Source of the DNA: an uncultured Actinomycetes bacterium
Lineage (GTDB): Bacteria > Actinomycetota > Acidimicrobiia > Acidimicrobiales > AC-9
NCBI GenBank assembly: GCA_963717645.1
Contig: CAVQWQ010000001.1
Span: 4,994-68,993 of the forward strand
Length of the DNA: 64,000 nucleotides
Reading direction: 5' to 3'
Part shown: one piece after another, positions 52,748 through 62,672 of the stretch
Layout of the letters: each line of letters starts with the position of its first letter
Position numbering within the stretch: position 1 is the stretch's first letter
Program-made: the position numbers and the translations under genes
Notes under the pieces: generated by a model
Database searches by the model: none
Seen by the model: the letters and a program-made list of their open reading frames with translations, nothing else
Told to the model about the DNA's origin: nothing

Positions 52748-54477
52748 GCGCTCTCGACATCGCAGTCGTCGCCAGCGCGGTGGCGGGCTCAGCTCTGGCT
52801 GGCCTGCGCTGGCTTCGCGTCGCGCAGCGGGAGCACTACCTGGCCGGTTCTGTCACCAGGTTCGCCCTCCGCTGGTGGTGGGGAGCGGTCAGCTTCAACC
52901 GACTACTCGCGATCATGGCGGTCCTTGGCTTCCTGGTCACGCTCTCGTTCGCCCCGGCCGGGTTCGCCCCCGCGGCCGTGGTGGCCATCGGGCCCGTGGG
53001 GCTCTCGGTGCGTGGGCGCACCGCCAAGCTGGTGTGGACCAGGCGCCTCCGAACACTGGCCGCGGTGTGGGCCGCGCTCCAGGCGGTCGTCGTCGTGGCC
53101 GGAGTGGCGGGAGGAGTCGGCCCCGTCGTGGCGGTCGTCGGCGCCCTGCTCGTACCGGCCCTCGTTGACGCCGCCTGCGCCCTGACCGCCCCGTTCGAGC
53201 GCCGCTTGGCCGACCGCTTCGTCGCGGCGGCGACCACCAAGCTGCGCCGGCTGGCGCCGACGGTCGTGGGGATCACCGGCTCGTACGGAAAGACCTCCAC
53301 CAAGGGATACGTGGGCTACCTCCTCGCCTCGACTCGAACCGTCCTGGTGAGCCCCGCGAGCTACAACAACCGGGCCGGGCTGGCCCGCACGGTCAACGAG
53401 CACCTGGCTCCGGGAACCGAGATCCTGGTCGCCGAGATGGGGACCTACGGGCCCGGGGAGATCGCCGATCTCTGCTCGTGGCTGACGCCTCGCGTCGGCG
53501 TGATCACGGCCATCGGCCCCGTGCACCTGGAGCGCTTCGGGTCCGAGGAACGCATCGTCGAGGCCAAGGCGGAGATCCTCCATCGGGCAGAGACAGCGGT
53601 GCTGAACGTCGACGACGCCCGTCTGCGGGCGGTTGCCGATCGGGCTGCGGCCGCGGGCAAGCGGGTGTGGAGGTGCTCAGCGGTCGACCACGACGCCGAT
53701 GTGTGCGCGGTCGTCGACGGCCCCGCACTGGAGGTTCATCGCAAGAGCACGCTGATGGCCCGGGTCGACGTCGCCGACGTTCGCCCCACCAACGTGGCCT
53801 GTGCCGTGGCCGTGGCGCTCGAGCTGGGCGTGGCGGAGGCGGAGGTTGCTCGGCTGCTGCCCGGGCTGCCAGTCACCCCCAACCGCCTGAACGTGGCGGT
53901 CGCGCCCACCGGCATCACTGTTGTCGACGATACGTACAACTCCAACCCGGCGGGCTGTCGCGCGGCCCTCGACGTCATGGGCCGCCACGGGCGCGACGGC
54001 CACCGGCGAGTGGTCGTCACCCCCGGGATGGTCGAGCTGGGCGACCGCCAGCACCCCGAGAACGTCGCCTTCGCCGCCGCGGCGAGGGCACTCGCCACCG
54101 ACCTGGTCATCGTCGGCTTCACCAACCGCAAGGCGCTGCTGGAGGGAGCCGGCGAGCACAACGTCAGGATCAGCGGGTGGCGGGCCGGAGCCGGCGGGTA
54201 CACCATCGCTCCCGACGACGACGACGAGGACGACGAGCAGGACGGAGAGACTGGCCCCGCCGCAGGAGGCGCGCCGGGTCCCAAGCCCGAAGGCGCCAAG
54301 GCCGAAGGCGCCAAGACCGACGGGGACACGACGGACGCCGCGGGGGTCCCGGCGGCCCACGCCGCCCAGGTGGTCCTGGTCGGCAGCCGCGACGAGGCGG
54401 TGAGCTGGGTGAAGGCCCACCTGGGGGAGGGCGACGTCGTGCTCTACGAGAACGATCTGCCCGACCACTTCGCATGA
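52744..54477 (+). CDS. Mur ligase family protein (MurF-like) with an N-terminal membrane-spanning region and an acidic insert
   Basis: The first ~140 aa are hydrophobic (LLAIMAVLGFLVTLSF, AAVWAALQAVVVVAGVAGGV...). Then come VVGITGSYGKTSTKG (Mur P-loop), ...VAEMGTYGPGEI, ...DDTYNSNP and ...VTPGMVELG. The insert is PDDDDEDDEQDGETGPAAGGAPGPKPEGAKAEGAKTDGD. Confidence 0.75.
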   Translation: MSALDIAVVASAVAGSALAGLRWLRVAQREHYLAGSVTRFALRWWWGAVSFNRLLAIMAVLGFLVTLSFAPAGFAPAAVVAIGPVGLSVRGRTAKLVWTRRLRTLAAVWAALQAVVVVAGVAGGVGPVVAVVGALLVPALVDAACALTAPFERRLADRFVAAATTKLRRLAPTVVGITGSYGKTSTKGYVGYLLASTRTVLVSPASYNNRAGLARTVNEHLAPGTEILVAEMGTYGPGEIADLCSWLTPRVGVITAIGPVHLERFGSEERIVEAKAEILHRAETAVLNVDDARLRAVADRAAAAGKRVWRCSAVDHDADVCAVVDGPALEVHRKSTLMARVDVADVRPTNVACAVAVALELGVAEAEVARLLPGLPVTPNRLNVAVAPTGITVVDDTYNSNPAGCRAALDVMGRHGRDGHRRVVVTPGMVELGDRQHPENVAFAAAARALATDLVIVGFTNRKALLEGAGEHNVRISGWRAGAGGYTIAPDDDDEDDEQDGETGPAAGGAPGPKPEGAKAEGAKTDGDTTDAAGVPAAHAAQVVLVGSRDEAVSWVKAHLGEGDVVLYENDLPDHFA

Positions 54478-54540
54478 TCTCCTCGGGCTCCGATCCGGGG
54501 CTAGTTTCCTGGGTTGGCGCCGAGTACCGGAGAGTGACCC

Positions 54541-55650
54541 GTGAGCGACAGCGCAGTCATCTTTGGCGGGCCGTCACCCGAGCACGACGTGAGCGTGTTG
54601 ACCGGGCTCCAGGTGACGCGCGCCCTGAGCATGACTGGGTCCGAGCGGATCAGGCCGCTGTACTGGACCAAGTCGGGAGACTGGTTCGAGGTCGCGCCCG
54701 ATCTCGAGGGGGAGGCCTTCGTCGAAGGCGTGCCGTACGGCTCGACGCCCCTCCGACTCGAGGCCGACGCCGGCGGGGGGTTCCAGGCCAGGGCTGGCCT
54801 CACCGGCCGGGCCCGACCACTTGATCTCTCCGCCGTCGTCATCTGCTGCCACGGCGGTCCCGGTGAGGATGGGACGCTCCAGTCTGCGCTCGATCTCGCC
54901 GGCGTCCGCTATACGGGCCCCACCGCCGCTGGGGCCGCGCTGGGGATGGACAAGCTGGCGTTCGCCGGCCTGGCCATCGCGGCTGGACTCCCGACGCTGC
55001 CGCGGATCCAGCTCACCGACGCCGCCCGGCCCGACTTCCCCGGCCCCTACATCGTCAAGCCCCGGTTCGGCGGCTCGTCCATCGGCATCGAGGTCGTCGA
55101 GGACCTGGCCACGGCCGCGGCGCGGCTGCTGAACAACGCCCATCTCCGGCGGGGCGCGGTGGCCGAGCCCTACCGCCCCGATCTGTTCGACCTCAACGTG
55201 TCGGTCAGGAGCTGGCCCGAGGTCAGGCTGTCCGCCATCGAGCGCCCGATCCGCTCACAGGCGTCCTCCGACATCCTCAGCTACGCCGACAAGTACGTGG
55301 GTGGCGAGGGCATGGCCAGCGCACCGCGTGAGCTGCCCGCCGAGCTGGACAGCGGCCTCGAGGCGCGGCTCACCGAGGCTGCCCACCTCGTGGCCCGGCT
55401 TGTCGACCTGCGCGGCGTGGCGCGCATCGATTTCCTCTCCGACGGCAAGGACCTGTTCGTCAACGAGGTCAACACGATTCCGGGCTCGATGGCCAAGTAC
55501 CTGTGGGTGGCTCCTCCGGTCGCCTTCAGCACGCTGCTGGCGGACATGCTTGCCGAGGCGATGGCCCGACCGGCGGTGCAGCACCTGGCCGTCGGGGCCG
55601 ACGGCGCCGTCCTGCGGTCGGCGGGGAGCATCGCCAGCAAGCTGGCCTGA
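54541..55650 (+). CDS. D-alanine--D-alanine ligase family (ATP-grasp) protein
   Basis: AVIFGGPSPEHDVSVLTG...HGGPGEDGTLQSALDLAGVRYTG...IVKPRFGGSSIGIEVV...ARIDFL...LFVNEVNTIPGS, the Ddl pattern. GTG start. Confidence 0.8.
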   Translation: MSDSAVIFGGPSPEHDVSVLTGLQVTRALSMTGSERIRPLYWTKSGDWFEVAPDLEGEAFVEGVPYGSTPLRLEADAGGGFQARAGLTGRARPLDLSAVVICCHGGPGEDGTLQSALDLAGVRYTGPTAAGAALGMDKLAFAGLAIAAGLPTLPRIQLTDAARPDFPGPYIVKPRFGGSSIGIEVVEDLATAAARLLNNAHLRRGAVAEPYRPDLFDLNVSVRSWPEVRLSAIERPIRSQASSDILSYADKYVGGEGMASAPRELPAELDSGLEARLTEAAHLVARLVDLRGVARIDFLSDGKDLFVNEVNTIPGSMAKYLWVAPPVAFSTLLADMLAEAMARPAVQHLAVGADGAVLRSAGSIASKLA

Positions 55651-55786
55651 CTCGGCTCGACGGGCCTGCACCGAAGCATTATCGGACAGCCCGCGGCGTC
55701 CCGGCGGCCGAGTCGCCGACGAAGGCGGGGCGCCACCTTGCCTCCACGGTGCCGTGGGAGCGAGCAGGGCGGTCGATACCCTTTCC

Positions 55787-56413
55787 GTGGTGCCGATCCC
55801 CCGAAAGCTGCTGAACGAGGGCGAGGAGGTCGTCGTCGACCTCCGCCCGCACTGGTCCTTCCTCATCGGGCCGGTCCTGGGGGCGATCGGCGTCATCGTC
55901 CTGGCCGTGGCGATCCTCGTGGCGTTCCCGTCCGCCCCGGGAGTCGTCATCGTCGCGGTGCTGCTGTTCCTCGCCGGCGCCATGGTCTGGCTCGCCGGCC
56001 GCTATGCCCGCTGGGCCAGCACCAGCTTCGTGCTCACCAACCGCCGCGTCGTGTACCGGACCGGCGTCCTCGCCCGTCACGGACGCGAGATCCCCCTGGA
56101 GCGGCTGAACGACATCACCGTCCACCAGTCGATCCTCGAGCGGCTCGTGGGCTCGGGTCGGCTGTTCGTCGAGTCGGCAGGACGGATGGGGGAGGAGGCG
56201 TTCATCGGGGTGCCCCACTGCGTCGCCGTGCAGAAGGCGATCCACCAGCAGTTGGAGCAGTCTCGGCGACGGTGGGCCGATCAGCCGGCGGGCCGCGTCC
56301 CCCTCACCGTCCCCGAGCAGCTCGAGAAGCTCGACGAGCTGTGTCGACGTGGTGTGATCACCAGGGCGGAGTTCGACGCGGAGAAAGCCCGGCTCCTCGA
56401 CCACCTCCGCTGA
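55787..56413 (+). CDS. membrane PH-domain (bPH_2/YdbS-like) protein with a C-terminal SHOCT motif
   Basis: LLNEGEEVVVDLRPHWSFLIGPVL is followed by two TM segments. Then come FVLTNRRVVYRTGVLARHGREIPLERLNDITVHQSILERLVGSGRLFVES (bPH_2) and EQLEKLDELCRRGVITRAEFDAEKARLL (SHOCT). Confidence 0.65.
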   Translation: MVPIPRKLLNEGEEVVVDLRPHWSFLIGPVLGAIGVIVLAVAILVAFPSAPGVVIVAVLLFLAGAMVWLAGRYARWASTSFVLTNRRVVYRTGVLARHGREIPLERLNDITVHQSILERLVGSGRLFVESAGRMGEEAFIGVPHCVAVQKAIHQQLEQSRRRWADQPAGRVPLTVPEQLEKLDELCRRGVITRAEFDAEKARLLDHLR

Positions 56414-56437
56414 ACGACAGGCCCCCGGCACCAGCCT

Positions 56438-57478
56438 CTACGGAGAGTCGACGACCTCGACCGACGCTCCCTCCGAGGCCCGCACGACCCACCCGCGGCG
56501 GTTGCCGGGGACGACGACGCCAGGCTCGGTGAGCGCGACCACACAGCCACCGAACCCCCCACCCGTCATTCGGGCACCGAGCACGCCCGGTGTGGTCAGC
56601 AGCTCGTCCACGAGGGCATCGAGCGACCGCGTGGAGACCTCGAAGTCCTCGGCGAGGCTGCGGTGGCTGGCGGTCATCTCCGCGCCCGCCGATGCGAGGT
56701 CGCCCGCGGCGATGGCCTGTGCAGCCGCCCGGACCCGGGCGTTCTCGGTGATGACGTGGCGGGCCCGCCGTCGGAGGACCGGATCCCGGATCGACTGGAC
56801 GTCGGCGAGCGTCGCCTCGCGCAGTGGTCCGACAGCGGCGGCGGCGGCTTCGCACTCTGCCCGCCGCGCGGCATAGGCGGAGCCGGCCAGGCCTCGGGCC
56901 CGCCCGGAATGGAGGGCCACGACCTCGACGTCGTCCGGCAGCCGGATCGGCGAGACGACCAGCGATTCGCAGTCGAGCAGCAGGGCGTGACCCTGACGAC
57001 CGCATGCCGACGTGAGCTGGTCCATCACGCCGCACGGCACCCCGGATGCCACCTGCTCGGCCCGCTGGCAGGCCTGGGCCAGCTGCACCGGCGTGCCCTC
57101 GAAACCGAGGGCCAGGGCCACCGCCACCTCCAGTGCGGCGCTCGACGCCAGCCCGGCGCCGATCGGCAAGGTCGAGCTGATCGTGCCGACGCCACCCGAC
57201 CGTGGCGTGACCGTCTCGACCACGCCGGCGACGTAGCTGGCCCAGCGCGGCGCGTCCTCGCCAACGCTGGCGAGGGGCTGGGCCCGGTCGATCGTGGCCC
57301 GTCCCGGCCGGTCGCCGGAGGTGAGCTCCACCCGGCCCATGGCCTCGTCCCGCTCGAGCGTCACGTCGATGCCGAGGTCGATCGCCATCGGGAGTGCCAG
57401 GCCGCCCGTGTAGTCGGTGTGGTCGCCGATGAGGTTGACCCGCCCGGGGGCGTGGGCTCGAGCCCGGCAGGCGCTCAT
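56438..57478 (-). CDS. galK: galactokinase (GHMP kinase)
   Basis: Trimmed to MSACRARAHAPGRVNLIGDHTDYTGGLALPMAI (galactokinase signature GRVNLIGEHTDY), with ...PIGAGLASSAALEVA (GHMP ATP motif) and ...ARMTGGGFGGCVVAL. Confidence 0.8.
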   Translation of the reverse strand: MSACRARAHAPGRVNLIGDHTDYTGGLALPMAIDLGIDVTLERDEAMGRVELTSGDRPGRATIDRAQPLASVGEDAPRWASYVAGVVETVTPRSGGVGTISSTLPIGAGLASSAALEVAVALALGFEGTPVQLAQACQRAEQVASGVPCGVMDQLTSACGRQGHALLLDCESLVVSPIRLPDDVEVVALHSGRARGLAGSAYAARRAECEAAAAAVGPLREATLADVQSIRDPVLRRRARHVITENARVRAAAQAIAAGDLASAGAEMTASHRSLAEDFEVSTRSLDALVDELLTTPGVLGARMTGGGFGGCVVALTEPGVVVPGNRRGWVVRASEGASVEVVDSP

Positions 57479-57516
57479 GTGAGAAGAGCTTCGCACGACG
57501 CCATAGCCTGGGCGCA

Positions 57517-58302
57517 ATGGCCTCGGCGAGCTCGCGATGGGCCGAAGCCCTGCAGGCGTGGGCCATCCCACCGGAGATCCTGGCGAAGGCGCCGGAGTCG
57601 CCGTGGGGCTTTCCGTCCCGGCTGTTCGCCGCTCCTGAGGTATCGGCATCGACGCCGTCGAGGGACCGAGCCCTCCAGGCGCTGCCCCAGGGCGGGTCCG
57701 TGCTGGACGTCGGCGTGGGTGCGGGTGCCGCCAGCCTCGGCCTGGTCCCTCCGGCCGCCCGGCTCGTCGGGGTGGACGAGAGCGTCGACATGCTGGCCCG
57801 CTTCACCGCCGCCGCCTCCCGCTTGGGACTCGCCGTTCGCACCGTCCGCGCCAGCTGGCCCGCCGGCGCCGACGAGGCGGGACGGGCCGACGTCGTGGTG
57901 TGTCATCACGTGCTGTACAACGCGGCCGACCTCGTCCCGTTCGTTCGAGCCCTCACCTCGGCTGCACGTCGCCGCGTCGTCGTCGAGCTCACCGCCGAGC
58001 ACCCCCAGGCTGCCCTCAATCCCCTGTGGCTCCACTTTCACGGGCTCGAGCGGCCCACCGGGCCGAACGTCCAGGACGTCGTGGCCGTGCTCGAGGAGAT
58101 CGGCATCCTGCCTGAGGTCGAGCGCTTCAGCCAGCCGTCGCAACGGGCAGAGGTAGACCGAGGCGAACACGTCGCCTTCGCCCGACGTCGCCTGTGCCTT
58201 CCCGCCGACCGCGACCCCGAGGTCGACTCCCTGCTGCCAGAGAACGCCGGCCTGCCGAGGCGAGAGCTGGCCTGCCTGTGGTGGCCTGCCGCTCCCGCTT
58301 GA
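57517..58302 (+). CDS. class I SAM-dependent methyltransferase
   Basis: GGSVLDVGVGAGAASLGL (motif I GxGxG), ...VVVCHHVLYN. 261 aa. Confidence 0.6.
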   Translation: MASASSRWAEALQAWAIPPEILAKAPESPWGFPSRLFAAPEVSASTPSRDRALQALPQGGSVLDVGVGAGAASLGLVPPAARLVGVDESVDMLARFTAAASRLGLAVRTVRASWPAGADEAGRADVVVCHHVLYNAADLVPFVRALTSAARRRVVVELTAEHPQAALNPLWLHFHGLERPTGPNVQDVVAVLEEIGILPEVERFSQPSQRAEVDRGEHVAFARRRLCLPADRDPEVDSLLPENAGLPRRELACLWWPAAPA

Positions 58303-58333
58303 CCGGCTGGTCAAGACACGACAGCATCCGGTC

Positions 58334-59212
58334 ATGGCCACCGCGCGCGCCAATGGCATCGACATCGAATACGACACGTTCGGCGATCCGGCCGACCGGC
58401 CCATGCTGCTCATCATGGGCCTCGGCGGTCAGCTCATCGCCTGGGACGACGAGCTGTGCAGCCGGCTGGCCGGTCACGGGTTTCGCGTCGTCCGCTTCGA
58501 CAACCGCGACGTCGGCCTCAGCACCAAGATCGAAGGCGCTCCCGTACCCGACATCATGGCCGTCGTACAGGGCGACCGGTCGTCGGTCCCGTACTCCCTC
58601 GAGGACATGGCCGCCGACGCCACCGGCCTCCTAGATGCCCTCGGCATCGAGAAGGCGCACGTCGTCGGCGTGTCGATGGGAGGGATGATCGCCCAGGTGG
58701 TGGCCATCGATCATCCGGACAGAGTGCTCAGCCTGGCGTCGATCATGTCCACCATGGGCGATCCGAGTGTCGGCGCTCCGACGCCTGAGGCCATGGCGGT
58801 GCTCATGAGGCCGCCGCCGCAGGAGCGGGACGAGGTGATCGCGCGCGAAGTCGAGACCCACAAGGCCATCGGGTCGCCCGGGTTCCCCGTCGACGAGGAG
58901 CGGACGCGCCGCCGGGCCGCGGCGGCCTACGACCGCAGCTTCTACCCGCAAGGCGTGGCCCGTCAGGTGGCAGCCGTCGTGGCGGCCAGCGACCGCACCG
59001 AGGAGCTCTCCCACGTCGACGTGCCGACGGTCGTCATCCATGGGACCACCGACCCGCTGGTCACCCCGAGCGGCGGCGAAGCCACCGCCAAGGCCATCCC
59101 CGGCGCCGAGCTGATCATGATCGAGGGAATGGGCCACGAGCTTCCACCCGGGGCGTGGCCGACCGTCGTCGACGCCGTCGTGGGCAACGCCGCCAAGGGC
59201 GGTTCCAGATGA
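58334..59212 (+). CDS. alpha/beta hydrolase
   Basis: PMLLIMGLGGQLIAWD...HVVGVSMGGMIAQ (GxSxG)...IEGMGHELPP. Confidence 0.8.
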   Translation: MATARANGIDIEYDTFGDPADRPMLLIMGLGGQLIAWDDELCSRLAGHGFRVVRFDNRDVGLSTKIEGAPVPDIMAVVQGDRSSVPYSLEDMAADATGLLDALGIEKAHVVGVSMGGMIAQVVAIDHPDRVLSLASIMSTMGDPSVGAPTPEAMAVLMRPPPQERDEVIAREVETHKAIGSPGFPVDEERTRRRAAAAYDRSFYPQGVARQVAAVVAASDRTEELSHVDVPTVVIHGTTDPLVTPSGGEATAKAIPGAELIMIEGMGHELPPGAWPTVVDAVVGNAAKGGSR

Positions 59213-60354
59213 GCGGGCCGCTCGAGGGCATGCGCGTCGTCGAGATCGCCGGCATCGGCCCCGGACCGTTCGCGGCGATGATGCTGGCGGACATGGGCGC
59301 CGATGTCGTACGCGTCGACCGGGCCCAGAAGGTGGCGGGCGGCGACCCCGCGCACCCTCCGATCGACCTTCTCGGGCGGGGACGCCGCTCGGTGGGGGTC
59401 GACCTCAAGCATCCCGAGGGCGCGGGGGTTGTGCTCAAACTTGTGGAGCACGCCGACGTCCTGATCGAGGGGTTTCGCCCCGGAGTGATGGAGCGGCTCG
59501 GGATCGGGCCCGAGGAGTGCATGGCTCGCAATCCGCGCCTCGTCTACGGCCGCATGACGGGCTGGGGCCAGGAAGGACCGTACGCCGACGCCTCCGGCCA
59601 CGACATCAATTACATCGCCCTGGCCGGAGCCCTCGATCCGATCGGACGGGCCGGTGAGCGACCGGTTCCCCCCCTCAACCTGGTGGGAGACTTCGGAGGC
59701 GGGGGCATGTTCATGGCCTACGGGGTGGTGTGCGCCCTGCTGGAGGCCGGTCGCTCGGGTCAGGGCCAGGTGGTCGACGCGGCGATGGTCGACGGCGCCG
59801 CGGTGCTGACGACGTTCATCCACAGCTTGCGGGCCATCGGCCTCTGGACCGACGAGCGGGGAACCAACCTCCTCGACACCGGTGCGCATTTCTACGACGT
59901 GTACGAGACGGCTGACCATCGCTACGTCTCGATCGGGTCGATCGAGCCGCAGTTCTATGCCGAGCTGCTGCGTCTGTCCGGGCTGGAGGGGGAGGAGCTC
60001 CCCGGACAGATGGATCGCACCCAGTGGCCAGCCCTGAAGGAACGGGTGGCCGAGGTGTTCCGGACCAAGACCCGAGACGAGTGGTGTGCCCTCATGGAGG
60101 GGACCGACGTGTGCTTCGCCCCCGTGCTGTCCATGGGCGAGGCGCCAGCACACCCGCACAACCGCCAACGTCAGACGTTCGTGGAGGTGGCGGGGGTGTC
60201 CCAGCCCGCTCCCGCCCCCAGGTTCGATCGGACGCCCGGAGCGATCGGTGGTCCGCCGCCACACTTCGGCCAGCACACCGATGACACCCTGGCAGAGTGG
60301 GGGTTCACGACCGGCGAGCGGGAGAAGCTCCGCCAGGCCGGGGCGATCGCCTGA
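59209..60354 (+). CDS. family III CoA-transferase (alpha-methylacyl-CoA racemase-like)
   Basis: MSGPLEGMRVVEIAGIGPGPFAAMMLADMGADVVRVDR...LIEGFRPGVMERLGIGPE...TGWGQEGPYA...GHDINYIALAG, the CaiB/BaiF/MCR pattern. ATGA start overlap. Confidence 0.85.
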   Translation: MSGPLEGMRVVEIAGIGPGPFAAMMLADMGADVVRVDRAQKVAGGDPAHPPIDLLGRGRRSVGVDLKHPEGAGVVLKLVEHADVLIEGFRPGVMERLGIGPEECMARNPRLVYGRMTGWGQEGPYADASGHDINYIALAGALDPIGRAGERPVPPLNLVGDFGGGGMFMAYGVVCALLEAGRSGQGQVVDAAMVDGAAVLTTFIHSLRAIGLWTDERGTNLLDTGAHFYDVYETADHRYVSIGSIEPQFYAELLRLSGLEGEELPGQMDRTQWPALKERVAEVFRTKTRDEWCALMEGTDVCFAPVLSMGEAPAHPHNRQRQTFVEVAGVSQPAPAPRFDRTPGAIGGPPPHFGQHTDDTLAEWGFTTGEREKLRQAGAIA

Positions 60355-60371
60355 GGGCCTGAAGGATCGTC

Positions 60372-61481
60372 GTGGACGGCTCCTGGACCCACACCGGGTA
60401 CGCGCAGCGCATCCACTTCGGGGCCGGGAGCCTGGACGAGCTGGCCGACGTGGTGAAGGAGACCGGTGCCCGCCGGGTGATGCTGGTGACGACCGCGGGG
60501 CGGGCCGAGTCCGACGCCGGCCGGCGTGTGGTCAGTCTGCTCGGAAGGCAGCTCGCCTCCACCTTCGCCGGTGTGCTCTCCCACGTCCCGACCTCCACGG
60601 TGCAAGCGGCCGTGCGCCAGGCCCAGGCCGACGGGGTCGACGGGCTGGTGTCCTTCGGGGGCGGTTCGTGTGCCGATCTTGGCAAGGCGGTGTCCTTCTT
60701 CGTCGAGCAGCAGGCGGGAACGCCCGGCATGTCGCCGCTGGACCGCCCCGCCCTGTCGCACGTGGCCGTACCAACGGCGTACTCGGGAGCCGAGCTGACG
60801 CCGTTCTTCGGCATGACCGATCTCGCCGCCCGCCGAAAGAGCGGAGCCGGAGGTCCGACCGTGGCCCCCGTGGCCGCCGTGTACGACCCGCTCGTGACGC
60901 TGGACACGCCGCCTCGGGTCAGCGCCGAGACGGGGATGAACGCCCTCGCCCACGGGGTCGAGGCCGTCTACGCGACCCGCCGCACACCGGAGGCCGAGGC
61001 CGTCGCCCTGGCCTGTGTCGAGCGGGTGGCGACCTCGCTGCCGGAGGTGGTGGACGATCCCGCTGACGTGACCGCCCGGGCGGCGATGCTGACGGGCGCG
61101 GCCCTGGGTGGCCGGGCGCTGCAGAACGCCAGCATGGGCGTGCACCACGGGCTGGCCCAGCTCCTCGGCGGCCGCACCGGCATCGCCCACGGCCTGGCCA
61201 ACGCCGTGCTGCTGTCCCACGTCCTGGGCTTCAACGCCGAGGCGGCGCCCGTGGAGGTGGCCCGGATCGGCGCCGCCCTGGGCGACCCAGACGACCCCGC
61301 CGGCGCCTGCGACCGGCTGCGCAGCCGCCTCGGGCTGCCTGGCCGGCTGTCCGAGTGTGGGGTGACCGAGGAGGATCTCGACGCCGTGGCCCGAATGTCG
61401 CAGGGCAACTTGAACGTCGGGTTCAACCCCCGCCCGGTGACCGAGGAGACCGCTCGTCAGATCCTCGCCGCCGCCTGGTGA
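60372..61481 (+). CDS. iron-containing alcohol dehydrogenase family (maleylacetate reductase-like)
   Basis: RIHFGAGSLDELADVVKETGARRVMLVTT...VSFGGGSCADLGKAV...VPTAYSGAE...GMNALAHGVEA...HHGLAQLLGG, the Fe-ADH fold motifs. Confidence 0.75.
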   Translation: MDGSWTHTGYAQRIHFGAGSLDELADVVKETGARRVMLVTTAGRAESDAGRRVVSLLGRQLASTFAGVLSHVPTSTVQAAVRQAQADGVDGLVSFGGGSCADLGKAVSFFVEQQAGTPGMSPLDRPALSHVAVPTAYSGAELTPFFGMTDLAARRKSGAGGPTVAPVAAVYDPLVTLDTPPRVSAETGMNALAHGVEAVYATRRTPEAEAVALACVERVATSLPEVVDDPADVTARAAMLTGAALGGRALQNASMGVHHGLAQLLGGRTGIAHGLANAVLLSHVLGFNAEAAPVEVARIGAALGDPDDPAGACDRLRSRLGLPGRLSECGVTEEDLDAVARMSQGNLNVGFNPRPVTEETARQILAAAW

Positions 61482-61528
61482 GGGCGGGGGAGTAGGATCA
61501 AGTTCCAATCACCTCACGAGGGGGCGTC

Positions 61529-62347
61529 ATGAAGCGGATGCTGTCGGTCGACGATCTGGCCCGTGACGAGCGGTTCGAGCGGATCCAGATCGAGGACGTG
61601 GTGTTCGACGCCCGAAGGTCGGGCAGCGATCGGCGGAACGTCCTCGACCATCGGGACACGGAGTCGCCCGACGCCGCCCGGGCGCTGATGCACGGCATCT
61701 TCGTGGGGGAGATCCAGGCCCTCGAGGGAGCGGGACGGACGTGCTACGACTTCGACACGGGGGCCGGCCGCGACGAGATCCCGTTCGCCATGAAGCTGGA
61801 CATGGCCCGCCAATGTTGGGACGAGGCCCGTCACGTGGAGATCTCGGTGAAGCTGACCGAGCACATGGGCACAGCGATCGGCGAGTTCTCCGAGCAGACC
61901 ATGCTGTTCCAGGCGGCCTGCAACTCCGACCCGGTGCTCAGGCTCACGGGGGTCAACCGGGCGCTCGAAGGTCTCGCCATCGACGTGTTCAACACCATGA
62001 GGGACTACGGGGACAACGTGTCGGACCCGGTGCTCTACTTTTGCGAGGACTGGATGCTCGCCGACGAGGTGACCCACGTGAAGATGGGCTCGGACTGGCT
62101 GCGACGGCTGACGGCCACCGACAAGGATCGGCAGACCCAGGCCCTGGAGTTCCAGCGCACGGTGGACAAGCTCTTCAGCTTCGGCGGGCTGCGCGGCGAG
62201 GGCGAGGACAACCCGGTGCACCTGGCCCGGAAGTTCAGGACAATGGCCGGGTTCAGCGATGACGAGATCGTCGAGCTGGTTGACATCGCCGCTCAGGCCC
62301 AAGCCGAGGCCGAGGCCAACTCGGCCGCGGCTGCGCCCGCCGGCTAG
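61529..62347 (+). CDS. ferritin-like DUF455 family protein
   Basis: FVGEIQALEGAGR...MARQCWDEARHVEISVKLTEHMG...ALEGLAIDVF...DEVTHVKMGSDWL. The paired ExxH motifs indicate a di-iron four-helix-bundle family. The family name is from memory. Confidence 0.6.
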   Translation: MKRMLSVDDLARDERFERIQIEDVVFDARRSGSDRRNVLDHRDTESPDAARALMHGIFVGEIQALEGAGRTCYDFDTGAGRDEIPFAMKLDMARQCWDEARHVEISVKLTEHMGTAIGEFSEQTMLFQAACNSDPVLRLTGVNRALEGLAIDVFNTMRDYGDNVSDPVLYFCEDWMLADEVTHVKMGSDWLRRLTATDKDRQTQALEFQRTVDKLFSFGGLRGEGEDNPVHLARKFRTMAGFSDDEIVELVDIAAQAQAEAEANSAAAAPAG

Positions 62348-62580
62348 AGGTTGACCACCGGGCAGGTGAGGGTGCGGGTGATGCCCTCGATGAGCTGGAC
62401 CCGGCTCACGACCATCTTGCCCAGATCATCGACCGAGCCGGCCTCGGCGCGCACGATCACGTCGTAGGGACCTGTGACGTCCTCGGCCGAGACCACGCCC
62501 TGGATCTTGGAGACCTCCGCCGCGACCTGAGCGGCCTTGCCGACCTCGGTCTGGATGAGCACGTAAGCAATTACGGACAC
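62344..62580 (-). CDS. Lrp/AsnC ligand-binding (RAM) domain protein, stand-alone
   Basis: A GAGGAGG RBS precedes a GTG. VSVIAYVLIQTEVGKAAQVAAEVSKIQGVVSAEDVTGPYDVIVRAEAGSVDDLGKMVVSRVQLIEGITRTLTCPVV is the typical ~78-aa AsnC_trans_reg domain. Confidence 0.7.
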   Translation of the reverse strand: MSVIAYVLIQTEVGKAAQVAAEVSKIQGVVSAEDVTGPYDVIVRAEAGSVDDLGKMVVSRVQLIEGITRTLTCPVVNL

Positions 62581-62672
62581 CGGATCCTCCTCGCCTCGCG
62601 GAGCCCGCATCGTAGTGCCAGCTCCTCGTGGCAGTCTGGGCAACGGCCGGGCGCGCCTGATAGCCAGTCCGT

